Source: Hormiphora californensis (lineage: Eukaryota; Animalia; Ctenophora). From it: 64,000 nucleotides of DNA. The translations under genes were made by a program, and so were the position numbers. Below the pieces are notes generated by a model. That model was not told where the DNA came from and did no database searches. It was given only the letters and a program-made list of their open reading frames with translations. Below are positions 37,866 through 52,300 of the stretch, piece after piece. The stretch covers positions 5,518,001 through 5,582,000 of the forward strand of contig CM035356.1 in the NCBI GenBank assembly GCA_020137815.1, read 5' to 3'. The first letter of the stretch is position 1. The number at the start of each line of letters is the position of its first letter.

Positions 37866-40027
37866 ATGAACATTCCCCCCAAACATCCTAGCCCGTGCCA
37901 GGGATAAATCCATACAACGAAAGGGGAACCCCAGGCGATCTTTTAAACCCGGGTTTCAATTTCGAAAACCCCAGATTTTTTATTTGAAAGAAATTTTCAA
38001 AAATTATTTTTAGATTTATTATTATTATTATTTCGCCCTTTGCCCTTTTAAACCTTTTTATTTTAAAATTTCTCCAGGAGACAGGGCCAGGGACCAAAAA
38101 GGGGAACAGCCCTTAAAGGTTTAAAACCCAGAGGCAAGTAAGAATTTTAATGGGGATGTTTTTGGACAAATCCCAGATTTTCTCCGGCGGGGTTAAAGAC
38201 CATACTTTGAGACAAACGGAAATATGGTGCTAATCTTTTGTATGGTAGTCTTTGTTTGTTCCCTTTTTTTTTTTTTGCGGGGAAAACACGTTTCTTCTGT
38301 TACAATTTGGTTTTTTTGCCTTCATACTTCATTTAAAACGCCCACCCCCCTTTTTAGAGTTTCCCCATCGTCGAAAGCGGACCGACACCAAAACAGTGCT
38401 ATGGCCCCTTCTGACTAAAACGGATCGTCAAGGAAGACAGGACCCCTCCGGGACTTGTGTCCGGGGCCCATCCTCCTATCACTCCTACCTCGCCCCGGGG
38501 GTTCGGTATTTAAAGGGCCATTACAAAAGTCTGCTGCTAAAAACCCCACCCAAAAGCCACGGTTCTCTTCCAGACCCCCAAAAGGAGCCTGTCTCCCCGC
38601 GAGATTGAAACCTGAGGAGAGCTGCTCATAAGACCCAAATTTTGCTGCTGAGGGAATACGAGAGAGCCTTGGAGTACGGCGACCCGATAAGATTGGCATC
38701 AGTTTCGGTTTTTCAACTGCAATCACCGTGGTGCAATTAACTTTAGCCAATTAAAGGATTTTGTAAGGCACAACTTCTACTTCATAGAAACGCAAGCCAT
38801 GTGTATTAGGCAGGCGGTGGTAGGAAAAGACACGCGACATTTGGACGATACAATTGCCAGGGAGCTTCACGAGCGGTTTCTTGATCAACTCCGGATTCTG
38901 ACTCATTCAGAGCGGGTGTTTAATCTTTGGGAAAGTGCCAACTTAAGGGGTCTCTCCGGACCACAATCAAGTGCCCGATCTAAAGCAAGTATAGTGGATG
39001 TTATCGTCGATTTGTATGATAAGTTTGAGAGTGAGCGGACTCGTAAATTTCTCTCAACAGCGGTTACTGGGATCCTCTCAGCGTGGTCATCGTGGCACAC
39101 GAACGTGTGTGAACCTGACCAGCCTATAGACAGTTTAGAAGGACGGAGGGTTCTCGATTTATACGGTGGGGATTCCCAAAACTTTCCCGTTCGTGTGTGC
39201 TTTATTTCAAATGACAAAACTGTTTTGTTAGGCTTCCTTGCCCTTTGTACTTACCTTCAACGCTCCTTAGTATTTGTGAAAAATCACCGACCAACACGGA
39301 CAAAATTCCGGGAGGAGACTTCTGTAAACCTATCAGAGCTGGAGGTCCTTGGCTTCTCTGGCCGGATGATATCAGCCATAACAAGTGCCCTTAGTGGGTA
39401 CCTACTCGTTTTTGTCGATGAAACTGTGTAATCTTCGGTCAACTTCAACAGAGTGACACTCTTACCTCCTCCTACACAGATACCACAGAGCTGGAAACAA
39501 CATGTCCGAGGTACTGCTCAATGTTCGTTGATTATCACAAGATTAGCAGTAGGATAATGGCTGATATCGTTCCAGGGTGTTTACCTGTTATATCCGATCA
39601 GTATCACACCCGCCTACCTATCATGGGTCTCCCAGCTACAGATGGGGTGATCAGAGATAGAAACGATGGGTTTTCTGCCTTCCACAATGCCCTTCAACTT
39701 AGTATTCAAGATGGGGTGACTCAGAAGATGGTGTTGAGTGATGCACAGAGGTTTGACACGTGGCACATGGTACCGGGTGATCAGTGTCAAGTAGCAGCCG
39801 CCTCATCCATCTCCCGGATATTACGAAACTTTAAAGAGCTCAAACAGCTGACTGGAAACTCAAAGTTGTGTCTGTATTATCTGGAGACGGAGCTTCAGTC
39901 GTTGGCGTACATTCGAAAGGCTTATCTGACATTTTGGAGCCTTGACTCCTCAACCCCTGAGAAGTTTTTGGAGATTTTCAAACTTAAAGATTCGGATGGA
40001 CAGTTTTTTAATCTGATAAAAAAGTAG
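37866..40027 (+). CDS. FNIP: Folliculin-interacting protein (FNIP1/2/Lst4) homolog, broken by probable homopolymer indels; start approximate
   Basis: KIGISFGF...FVRHNFYFIE..A.CIRQA, FLSTAVTGILSAWSSW, DLYGG, LCTYLQRS and SSISRIL...LCLYYLETELQSL are collinear with FNIP middle and C-terminal DENN blocks. Confidence 0.72.
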
Positions 40028-41970
40028 CAGTGTGTGTGTGTGTTAGGCGGCAATTTCTTTAGGTTATAGGTTATTGTGTAGATTAACAAGAATTGATAGA
40101 AAGAGACACATGTACCATATACTCTGCGGCGGGGTATAGGTTTATAGAGATCAATATATAATAGAGACAGATAGAAAGAAAAACATTTCGTTAACCATTT
40201 TGTTAACTTGTTTTTGCTGTTCAACTAGGACTTTTTAGGCTTCGTTTCGTGTTATTAAGTGCGAATGTGTTTTGGAGTTGTATTCTAGCATATTTTGAGG
40301 CAATATATGAGGCACGTATATTCAAGAGAGAGAGAGACGAAGGGGGGTTTTAAAAAAATATTATAAAAACGGGGCCGAGAGGCGAGGGCCATAGAGAAAA
40401 AAAAAAGAAAAAAGAGGAAGAGAGAAAAAAAACTGGGAAAACAAAACCGATCGGGTTTTTATATTTTACTGGTATCACAATATCATGTGTGTGTTCTAGT
40501 TAATTAGATAGGTCGTTTCCTAGCTTGTATACTGAGTCTGGTGGGATAACAAATTCTAGCTTTTTGCCGGTTGAAGTCATGTCATGTGTTACTTTTAGTC
40601 CCTGATCAAGCTTAATCAGTCCCTGTCCTTTTATATTTTGCAACCCGCCCAATAAACACGGTCGCTGTATAAAAGGGAATGGAAAAACAAAGATACAAAA
40701 GACACGCGCAACCGTACCATCGGGGCGCTATACTGCTACACGAATTTTTTGCCGCGCTTTATGCACTGTGCCGTCTCCTTTTTTTTTGCGTTCCCCATTT
40801 TGGGACTCGCCACTTTCTTTCCCTGATTTTGTTGAGTACACAGATCGTGTATCATTGATCAGGATCATCAACTCTGTCCTGTCCCTGTCCTTTTGCCAAT
40901 CCTGTCCTTTGCCCATCCTTCGCATCAAACTTTCAAAACCCAATTTCAAATTTTTTTCTTTACAGGTAAATTTTAAACTGCTGGGGGGTTGGCACTTCTC
41001 TAGCCCCTTGGCACCAGTAGGCCCAAAAATGCCAAAAAACAATTTTCGAAATTTAAAAAACACCGGCACCCCGAATTCCTCGTCAAATTCAACCCCCCGG
41101 GGGATTTATAGCTCACCAATTCAAACCGTTTTGATATGATTTTCCTCAAGAGATTGAGAATAAAGAAAAAAAAAAAAGAGAGAGAGAGAAGAGGAGAAGA
41201 GAGGAGAGAGATAGAAGAGAGGAGAAAGAGAGGAAAAAGAGTAATTGGAAAAAGAGTTCGTGTATATTTTTTAAATTTTGTTTTTTTGGATCTGATAAAA
41301 AGGGCTAAAGTTAGGGAAAAGAAGATCCCCGGTGAGAGGGAAAAAAAGAAGGGGAGGAAGAGGAGAAAGGGGAGAGAGGAAAAAAGGGGAGAAAGAAGAG
41401 AGACGAGAGAAAAAGGGCGGGAAAAAAAAAAAAGGGAAAAGGGGAAAAAAAGCCCCCCCAAAAAAAAAAAAAGGAAAAATAAAGAGGGGAGCTACGGACC
41501 AAGTTTTCCCAATTCTCCTATCTTTCACTTAACCTCCAAAATTTTACTATGGTAAGGTCGAGAAGTTTCGAGACCTAACCGCTTATAACGAGACTGATTG
41601 GGAAAGACCTATTACCTTTGACTTGAATATTTATATTTTGTAGTAGAGAGAGAGGGATCAGGGAGATTGAGAGAGCGAGACAGAGAGACAGACAGTGAGA
41701 AAGCAAAATCAAGTTGCATCACTATGTCTTAATGAATTATCGTACATAATGAACGATTATAATAGGTACCTAATAGGTACGCACTCTCTGCTTGACTCAT
41801 GCAGTTTCCACTCTCACGGTGCCAGATCGTCTCTCTCTTTCTCACAGTATGTTTTACAGCTAGCATCCTAAATACCCTTGGTAACTGCACTCGTGAGAAG
41901 GGGAGAGTGAGAGAGTTAGTTACTTTAACTAGAGAGAGAGAGTGAGAGAGTTAGTTACTTTAACTAGGGA

Positions 41971-42054
<84 letters not shown>

Positions 42055-42559
42055 AGCGAGAATTATCTTACACACTCTGCATGTACACTACTTGAGCGGC
42101 TATTATACATATAAGAGAGTGAGAACTTTCCAGACATTATCCGTAATTTCATCCTTTTTTATGCTCGTCTGGGCTTCAATTCCCATTTTGACGTTTAAAC
42201 TCCTTTAATACTAGACCCAATATCGCTATCAGAATTGAATATTAGACCTAAGACGACAGGTTATTCAAAAATGAGAAGATAAAACTATAATTTAGTAAAT
42301 TGTAGTTCTTTTTTCTCTCTTCTCCTTTTTTGTATTTGCTAATATCCACGCTTTGTATATCTCAGAATGTCTAAACGGACTCTGATTGATTGCTAATATT
42401 CACGTTTTGTATTTCTCCTAGAATGTCTGGATCACTGTCTGATTGATTACTAATATCCACGCTTTGTATATCTCCTAGAATGTCTAAACAGACTCTTATT
42501 GATTGCTTTGTATATCTCCTAGAATGTCTGGACTGTCTGATTGACACGTGAGATGGGTG

Positions 42560-44513
42560 ATGTCAAGTAGCCAGGGAAGAGAGACAGCCGTCTCTCCCTC
42601 CTTCTTCGATTCTTTTACTGTCCTCAAAGGTACATTGTTTGTTTGTCTGTCATTGCTCCCTCCTTCTTCGATTCTTTTACTGTCCTAAAAGGTACATTGT
42701 TTGTTTGTCTGTCATTGCTAAAAGGTACATTGTTTGTTTGTCTGTCATTGCTCCCTTCTTCTTCGATTCTTTCACTGTCCTCAAAGGTACACACAATTCA
42801 TTGTTTGTTTGTCTGTCATTGCTCCCTCCTTCTTCGATTCTTTTACTGTCCTAAAAGATACATTGTTTGTTTGTCTGTCATTGCTCCCTTCTTCTTCGAT
42901 TCTTTCACTGTCCTCAAAGGTACACACAATTCATTGTTTGTTTGTCTGTCATTGCTCCCTCCTTCTTCGATTCTTTCACTGTCCTCAAAGGTACTTTGTT
43001 TGTTTGTCTGTCATTGCTCCCTCCTTTTTCGATTCTTTCACTGTCCTCAAAGGTACATTGTTTGTTTGTCATTGCTTCTAAATTACAAATGTTTCAGATA
43101 AATTTATATCTGAGGTTGAGGAGGCGTTCCTAACACCAGAGGAAAGCTCCCCTTCAGAGAAGCAGAAACCCACAAACAACCGACCAGCAACCTCCAACGG
43201 GGGATTGTTTTCCCCCAGTAGCTCAACTTTTGAATTTAGGTAGGGATCGTGTAACTATTTAGTAACTGAATTCATTTGTTACCCTTGGCAACGAAAGAAA
43301 TTTTTGATGAACACAAAATTGGCCTTGAATGATAATCAGAAAACTTTTGATTCAGTTTGCCGCCCTGGCTTAGCAAATCAGCAAGTCCACCTCCTTTGAC
43401 GGAACAAAAACGAACTATTGATCACGAGTACCCCGCGAGTAAAAACAACAGCGCTTCCTCCAAGTCATCAGTAGGGGAGTTTAAAAAAGACCAAAAAGAC
43501 CAACTAACTCGAGCTGATTCTGTTGATCAGGGAAAAACGTAAGTGATTACTTTTGTGAAGTACACAAATCCAATTCTAAACTTTCCAAATTCGGAGTTCG
43601 GCATGGAACTTATGATCATGTCGACCAATTATTTCACCCAAACTACGCTAAGCAAAGAGCTGCTGCTATCTGACAATACTGTACAGGTATTCTAGGCCGA
43701 GATCAGAGAGTACTACTGTGAGAGTATCCAATGGGAAACTGCAAAGCGGGACGCTATTACAGTACAGGTACATGAATACAATGAGTACAATGAGTACAAT
43801 GTACATTGTACTCATTGTACACTGCACTGTACATTGTACACTGTACTCATGTACTGTACAATGTACATTGTACATTGTACAGTACATAAGTACAAAAGTA
43901 ATGTATAATATCATATTGAGATTGCGCTGCTGTTAAAAACTGCCCAGGAAACTATATATATTGAGAACAATATTGGGTCGATGTATTCTAAAAACGCCCC
44001 CATTTTCAGTGCGGTTAGTTTAACAATTCAGAGTATAAAACCTGGTGATATACCCTCATTTAGTGATATAATAGAGGATATAAAATGCCTTGAGGGAGCA
44101 GATCCAGATCAGGTAAACTAGATGCATCTATGCACCATGGTCTGCCCATTTATCCCTTTTATCCCTTATTCATTTCTTGGTCGTAACGATCAAGTTACCC
44201 CTCCCTTGCCGGGGGTTATTACGTGACCAAATTTGTGACCAAATTTGTCTCTTTCTTGAAATATAGAACTCATTAAAATGTTGTATGGCGGCGCCATACC
44301 CCATTTGATTCTCAACAGTGCGCTCAGATGGGTCGCGGCGCCAGACAGTTAAAATGTTGAAGTGGGGATAACAACCTGTTTTTAACAGATATCTCTTTTT
44401 AATAGGTTGAAATAATCGTGGGAAAGATAGAGGCACTACAGATGACGGTTTTATCGCTTGATAAGAGATTGGAACGGGTCGGGAAGACACTAGATAGATT
44501 GTTAGCCACCTAG
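42560..44513 (+). CDS. Uncharacterised 228-aa Ser-rich protein with a C-terminal coiled coil; exons 42560-42629, 43098-43239, 43356-43538, 43687-43767, 44010-44112, 44406-44513
   Basis: Six GT-AG exons with consistent phases (1,2,2,2,0); ends VEIIVGKIEALQMTVLSLDKRLERVGKTLDRLLAT*. Confidence 0.7.
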
Positions 44514-45257
44514 TGTGGCATCACCAAAGAGAATGGGAAATATTTTATTGGAGATTGACGGGGTGAGATTGGGTTTCAATGAATCATACAGATTTGAGCT
44601 GATATACTTATAGGGAGGCCGAGGGTACGATTTAATGTAGTGTGTGTACAAGAATTCAGAGTAACCGAACAGTTGTTGATATTAATCACATAATTGCCAC
44701 TAATTACCAATTTTAATTGTTGCTTTAGGACAATTGGGAATATTGTTGGGTGCGAATATATTATACTATTCCTTTGTGCTGAATTGTTTTACCAAAATAA
44801 TTGTTGTATTTTACTTGTAATTTTACTGGGATAATGGAACTTGGACCCCGAATCCTGATTTACGGGATACTCGGGGGGAAGTTTACTCTCCCGGTAAATC
44901 GGGGCCGAATGTAACACTAACATAGTCGTTTACGGTAGAACATATATGGAGACTCTCGTAGTGAAAACTGAAAAGCTAACCGTTGTTCGAAGCTACTCTC
45001 AGCTACTTAATGAACATAAAATCTTTAGTATATGTACTGGAGTTTCTCTCTTGATTAAGAAGCTATGCCGATGCGACTAAGCTAAGAGTAACGATGACCA
45101 GTTTTTCAAGAGGTCACTACTTGAGACAACTCATTAGTTTGAGCTCCCAATACTGCAGCGTAGCAGATGGTGCCGGTCAACTCTACTAGAGTTGACCGGC
45201 ACTCTCTGGTAGATGCCCCACCTAGAGTCTCTAGGTGGGGCATCTACCAGAGACTGG

Positions 45258-45324
<67 letters not shown>

Positions 45325-45854
45325 GAGAGATAGAGTGAGAGGAAAAATAAATATTGTAATAAGTACTCACTATTATATTAAGGCAGCAGATTACGGATCC
45401 CCGATTTATCTCCACAATTTTATTTTAGTCCACATCTTCTGATTTATACGCCACAATCTACGTCGACTGTACGATGGCTATACCTGGGGATGAATTTCGG
45501 GTTAAACTCATAATCATATGATGCTGCAGGATGTACACTGTGTTCATTTTGGATCTTTACAAGCCTTGGGCTTCATCCATAAAATACATAAGTAGTTTAA
45601 AAGATTAGGTGACGAAACTTCATACTCGGACTATTCCTTACCAATACCATCATTCAGGATACCTGGGGCTTTTGCATCTCTAGCACCCCGCGAAGTGTGT
45701 TTTTAGCATCAAAACTTCCAGAAGGAATTCTTTGCTGGAGCTGAGACTGCTAAAATGTTTTTTTTGGGTATTTTCTATATCATCCCACGGTTTCATGATG
45801 ATTGGATGTGTTGTTCTTTCTAGGTTTCGCTAAAGCCAGCTGGAAATGCTAGAG

Positions 45855-48578
45855 TAGTCCTAGGCATTTGAGTCAAATACAGGAATTTTTAGATAACCAT
45901 GCGAGACCTTCACTAAAAGTATGCTATAGGTCCCTAGAATCACCAAAAAAAAGTTTACCACTTAAACTTCCCCAGAACATCTCTCAATTTGGCGTTAATT
46001 GGGTCTAATTGGCTAATAATGAATTCAAAATTCAAAATCGTCGTAGAAGGTCGTAATTGGTCGCAATCGTTCAGAAATATTATTCTAATCATCTTTAAAT
46101 CATGATGGTGACCCAATTATGTAAAATTGGTGCCTAATTTGGCGTTAATTGGGTCAAATTGGGTCTAAATTGGGCAAAAATTCAAAATCGTTGTAGACGC
46201 TCGTGGTTGGTCACAATCGTTCAGAAATATCATTCTTATCACCTTTAAAACATATTAGTGACTCAGCTCTGCCAAATTGGTGCGTAATTGGCCCTAATTG
46301 GGCCTAATTGGCTAAAAGTTAAGCTTTTTATGTTAGAAAAAGAATGTCGATTTTCGCCCTGATTGGGGAAACAATTTGGAACATCAAAATTCCTTCACCA
46401 ACGTGTCCCTAAGGGTCTTCTGGAACACCTCTGAGCTTTGTTACTTGCGGGTTGAGGGGCAATATGCACATTTCCGGGTGTGTGTGCCACCTGTAACTTC
46501 AGACAGAGCCCAATATTGTAAATAATTTTAGAATTAGTAGAGATTAAATTCAGGATACTAAAGTATGTAGCGTCCTCGCATTAGTGGGGGTAGACACCCA
46601 TGAAAAGTTCCTATCTCATTTGGTTAATTAGATAATTAGATGTATGCATATCCGTGTTTCAGCTATTATATGGCTTAAAAAGTTCATACTATCTAATGAC
46701 CGAAGCGAACATGTTATGTGGCTTAGATCAGACCTGTGAATAATCCTGAGGCCCTGCTTGATACCCTTCATGCCCTGCTAGATACCTTTCAGATGTAGCT
46801 AGATACCGGAGATACCCCTAGAACCCCCTAAATACCCCTATAACCCTGCTAGGAACCACTCAGACCCCACTAGATACCCTCAGAGTCTACAAGATGCCCC
46901 TGAGATTCTACTAAGTACCCCTCAGACCCCATTAGATGCCCCTTTAAGAAATAAGAGGTGAGACCCCTCTGAGCATCCTAGATACCCATATTATAGTTCT
47001 AGACACTCCTTAGACCCTGCTAGATATCACTTACCTCTAGATAGGTACCTCTTAGACCCTGCTATAATAATATTGCCCGGACTATTAGACCCATAGAACT
47101 GTAAACGGTGTAGAGGCACTGGGGTAATAGGGGTACCTCTCATGTCCCACACTTCTAGCTTCGTATCACCCTCATAGACACCCCTCAGAGATCCTAGATA
47201 CCCTCGAAATAATCTACCTAGTAAGGTTTGAGGGGTCTATGGGGTATCTAATCTGGTCTGAGGAATTTTGAGAGATATCTACAACAAGGGTCTAAGACTT
47301 GAGAGGTATCTAGAGGGGTCTAATGGGCATCTAGTGGAGTCTAAGGGGTATCTAGCAAGATCTGACTGCAGTGATATCTAGCAGGGTCTAAGGGGTGTCT
47401 AGAACTATAATATGTGTATCTAGGATGCTCAGAGGGGTATCTAGAAGGGTCTCACCTCTTATTTCTTAAAGGGGCATCTAATGGGGTCTGAGGGGTACTT
47501 AGTAGAATCTCAGGGGCATCTTGTAGACTCTGAGGGGTATCTGGTGGGGTCTGAGGGGTTCCTAGTAGGGTTATAGGGGTATTTAGGGGGTTCTAGGGGT
47601 ATCTCCGGTATCTAGCTACATCTGGAAGGTATCTAGCAGGGCATGAGGGGTATCAAGCAGGGCCTCAGGATTATTCACATGTCTGATCTAAGCCACATAA
47701 CATGTTCGGTCATAGTATGAACTTTTTAAGCCATATACTTAATAGCTGAAACACGGATATGCATACATCTAATTATCTGATTATCTAATTAACCAAATGA
47801 GATAGGAACTTTTCATGGGTGTCTACCCCCACTAATGCGAGGACGCTACATACTTTAGTATCCTGAATTTAATCTCTACTAATTCTAAAATTATTTACAA
47901 TATTGGGCTCTGTCTGAAGTTACAGGTGGCACACACACCCGGAAATGTGCATGTTGCCCCTCAACCCGCAAGTAACAAAGCTCAGAGGTGTTCCAGAAGA
48001 CCCTTAGGGACACGTTGGTGAAGGAATTTTGATGTTCCAAATTGTTTCCCCAATCAGGGCGAAAATCGACATTCTTTTTCTAACATAAAAAAGCTTAACT
48101 TTTAGCCAATTAGGCCCAATTAGGGCCAATTAGGCCCAATTACGCACCAATTTGGCAGAGCTGAGTCACTAATTTTAAAGGTGATAAGAATGATATTTCT
48201 GAACGATTGTGACCAACCACGACCGTCTACAACGATTTTGAATTTTTGCCCAATTTAGACCCAATTTGTCCCAATTAACGCCAAATTAGGCACCAATTTT
48301 ACATAATTTGGTCACTATCATGATTTAAAGATGATTAGAATAATATTTCTGAACGATTGCGACCAATTACGACCTTCTACGACGATTTTGAATTTTGAAT
48401 TCATTATTAGCCAATTAGACCCAATTAACGCCAAATTGAGAGATGTTCTGGGGATGTTTAAGTGGTAAACTTTTTTTTGGTGATTCTAGGGACCTATAGC
48501 ATACTTTTAGTGAAGGTCTCGCATGGTTATCTTAAAATTCCTGAAACGGGCACTTTCTTACGCAAATGCCTAGGACTA
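45855..48578. mobile_element. 2.7-kb foldback element with ~1.17-kb inverted arms (Academ-like ends)
   Basis: GAG|TAGTCCTAGGCATTTG ... CAAATGCCTAGGACTA|GAG; arms mirror each other to ~47025/47380; no ORF. Confidence 0.82.
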
Positions 48579-48941
48579 GAGCTCCGAAATGAGGGCCCCA
48601 AGGGCACATAATCAATAGTCTCAATCAATTAATCTTGATAATAGTCCAACGCCTGTAAAGGCCCAAAATGAACACCCTGTACTTGGTCACTTGGTACCTT
48701 GGCCGTACGAGGGGGCCGTACAGCTGGGATTGTGCAACGTGCCCAACATGGTATCACTACCATGCCAATGGTGCCAATGGTACTACAAGGCCACTAGTCG
48801 TGCGCCGGCCAGGTGCAGGAATCAAGCTTCCAGTTCCAAGAGGCCATTTCAGATCAAATTAACCTACCGGTCTCTAGCCATTTCTCTCTGTCTAGAGGGA
48901 GAGAGAGTGAAAGAGGGACAGAGAGAGAAGAGTGAAAGAGG

Positions 48942-49117
<176 letters not shown>

Positions 49118-49321
49118 CCTCTCTCTCCCTCCCTTCCTCGGCCTCCCAGTAGCTGCACTCAATCACAGATCGTGACTAAAAAGCCGTTGTCCGGAAACTA
49201 CACTTGAAAAACAGTCAACTTGGACAATGAGTTGATTCCGAACTACTTAAAAAGGACGTGCAGCTGAGTACAGGACATTACAACTATCTTTGTTTGAGTT
49301 TCCAACATCATCCCTCTCTCG

Positions 49322-52300
49322 ATGAGAATCCTTGCTATCTTGGCCATAGGTAAGCTACGTGGAGCTCTTCTACTACCCCCTATTGAGATGTTCCCTGTCT
49401 GTCGGATCTCACACCGGGCTGAAGACAGTGTTGGCAACCCCCCCCTCTCCCGACCCATGATATTGAACCCTCTATTCACAAAACATGTGTTATTTTCAGT
49501 ACCCCCCCTCCCTCCCGACTCATATATTGAACACCCTATTCACAACACGTGTTATTTTCAGTGGCCCCCCTCTCCCGACTCATGATATTGAACCCTCTAT
49601 TCACAACATGTGTTATTTTCAGTGGCCCCCCTCTCCCGACTCATTATATTGAACCCTCTATTCACAACATGTGTTATTATTATATAATATTATAATATTT
49701 CAGTGGCCCTGGCCCAGGCCGAAACGAACTGGTCCCAAATCCACGGACTGAAGAGGCTCCTTAAAAAGATGGATGGGATATACGCTACATGCAACATGAT
49801 TCTGTTCAGTGTAAGTGTGATGTGACATGATTCTGTTCAGTGTAAGTGTGATGTGACATGATTCTGTCCCAATTATAACACGGTTTTGTTCGTTCTGATT
49901 TTACAATTTCCGAAATTAGTCAGTCTTGAATATATGAAGACCCCAATGATTACACTGTATTAGCTAAGCGGCTAGTCGTTTAACTAACTGTCCTCCCTGT
50001 GCACAGGAGATGGTTGACTACGAAACAGCGGAGAAGAAGTGTGAGACCTTTGACATTGGAATGGGCAAGGATAGTAAGGGTAATCTGGCGACGGTTAATG
50101 ATGAGGAGAAGAATCAGGATATCAAGATTCTCCTCAGCATGGCTTACGACAAGGACATGTCTAGGAAGTAAGCAGGGGAGGGGGGTTTCAGAAATTTAAA
50201 TAATATGCACCTAGTATTATAGCGGGCACCTAGCAGATCAGTTTTTCCAACTTTTAGATATAGAATCTCTAATAGCCCATTATAAAAGCTTGTTGAGTAG
50301 TTGGTTAGTAACCCTTTTACTCAACAAAAGATAGCAAGCATTATACCCCCCCCAAATGAGATGCTGACCCCAGAAATTGTTCCCAGATGGGAGGCGGATC
50401 AGTGGGTGTGGGCTGGACTCAGGAAGGTGAAGAACAACATCGGCAAGATTTCCACTGAGTATGACGCTGAAGACTGGAGCTGGGCTGATGGTAGGAAACA
50501 AAACATCATTCATCAATTGTCACCAAATAATTCATCAATTGTCACCAAATCGGGGGGGGGGGGGGCGGCTGAAGTTTTTGAAGTTTTTGAAGTCAACTTC
50601 AAAAACTTCAAAGAGAAACTTAGGGTGGAAAACTTCAAAAACCTCAAAAACTTCAAAAACTCATACAATCTCCTAAACCGTTGGAGATAGGCCCTATGTT
50701 GCTTCATAACTCTTATATAAACTCGAGGCCGCTGATGATATTGGTGTCCATATTTTTTTCACTACTCTCTTAATAAAAAATTTGCATTTTGTCAAACTGG
50801 CAAAAAGGGTGTGGCCCCAAAAAAAATTTTTTTAATTTACTCCATAATTTTTAAACACTTTCTTAGCATTTTCTAGGCAACTTTTTGAGTTATAGAATGA
50901 AAATGAAATCTGTTTTTACAAAAAAATTTAAATTTTTTCCCTGCCCGGGTGGATGCCGAAGGCATCCACCCGGATGCCTTTTTACTTTGTAAAAAGGCAT
51001 AGCAGGGTTAGAATTCGAAAACGACATTTTGGTATACTAACTAATCGGTAGAGGGACCATTTTGGTCACACTTTCGTTGCGAGGGGCAACCCGGTACCAC
51101 CCGGTGTACTCAGCGTAGCAACTGAGCCGCGCACACAACAACAAGTTGCTCCTTTATCAAAACTTACTATGGCACAGTTTCATGGACGTGTATGCGCGCG
51201 CCACTCAACAAAACATGAATAGCGCTGCAGCGTGTTTCGCGTGTTACATACACATTGTCATCTTGCGAGTCGAGTGTGACAGGTTAGATAAGTAGTTAAG
51301 TTGGAATGTCAAAAGCTGGTTAGCGAGTGTCATGTGAGTAAACTAAGCTATGTGAGAAGTATACTGACAGCTAGATCGTATGCTAATTGCTAAAGAAACG
51401 TCGAAAAGTAAATCTCGCTCCGAAAGGAAAGGTCGATCTCGGGCGACAAGAGCCGGTGAGCTCAGCATGACGGGCGCAGGGCAAAGCCGCGAGGACCCCT
51501 GCGTGCAGACGGGGACAAAGAGATCGTCTCATTGTAACCGAGTTATTAGCTGTGCTATCACCGAAGTGAGCCCCGATTTATCTAAACAGAATCCGTACAA
51601 CCTTGTAAAATACAGTTTTAAAATATCAACTTGGAATGTGCTCTCTCTGGAGAGTAGCTCATCGAAATTGTACGAACTAGCGAGGGTGACATCAGAGTAT
51701 GGAACTGACGTTATGACCTTGACAGAAACTCACCGGCCTGGAACTGGTGTGGTAGTGTTGGAGAACGGGAATTTGTTCATTAACTCGGGGAGAATGGATG
51801 GGATTCGGAGACAGGGAGTAGGAGTTGTCTTGTCTAAGAGGGTTAAGAACTCATTGATCTCATATACCCCTGTATCTGAGCGGGTGATGTGGCTGAGGCT
51901 CCACTCTAAACAGGTCAATGTATCTGTTGTGGTGGCATATGCCCCTACCGAGGATGCGGAGGACAGTGTGAAGGATGGGTTTTACAATGAGGTAACTGGG
52001 GTATTGGATGGACTGCCGGGGCAAGATGTTGTATTCCTCACTGGGGACTTCAATGCTAGGGTAGGGAGTGACAGTGAATCAGTGTCCGGGGTTGTCGGGA
52101 AACACTCTTTACACGCGGTTTCTAACAACAACGGGAAGCGTCTTGTTGACCTCTGTACACTGTATGGGCTGGTTATTGGTGGCTCCCTTTTTGAGCATCT
52201 TAATATTCATAAGGGGACCTGGAAATCACCGGATGGTCGGACCGTCACTCAAATTGACCATATCTGTGTGAGCTCTAGGTGGAAATCTTCCCTCCTTGAT

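Noticed and set aside
40728-41555. Several 100-150-aa ORFs
   Set aside because: They lie in homopolymer-distorted low-quality sequence with no recognisable domain.
51384-51466. HDV-like ribozyme at the RTE 5' end
   Set aside because: I could not fit the nested double-pseudoknot pairings by eye.
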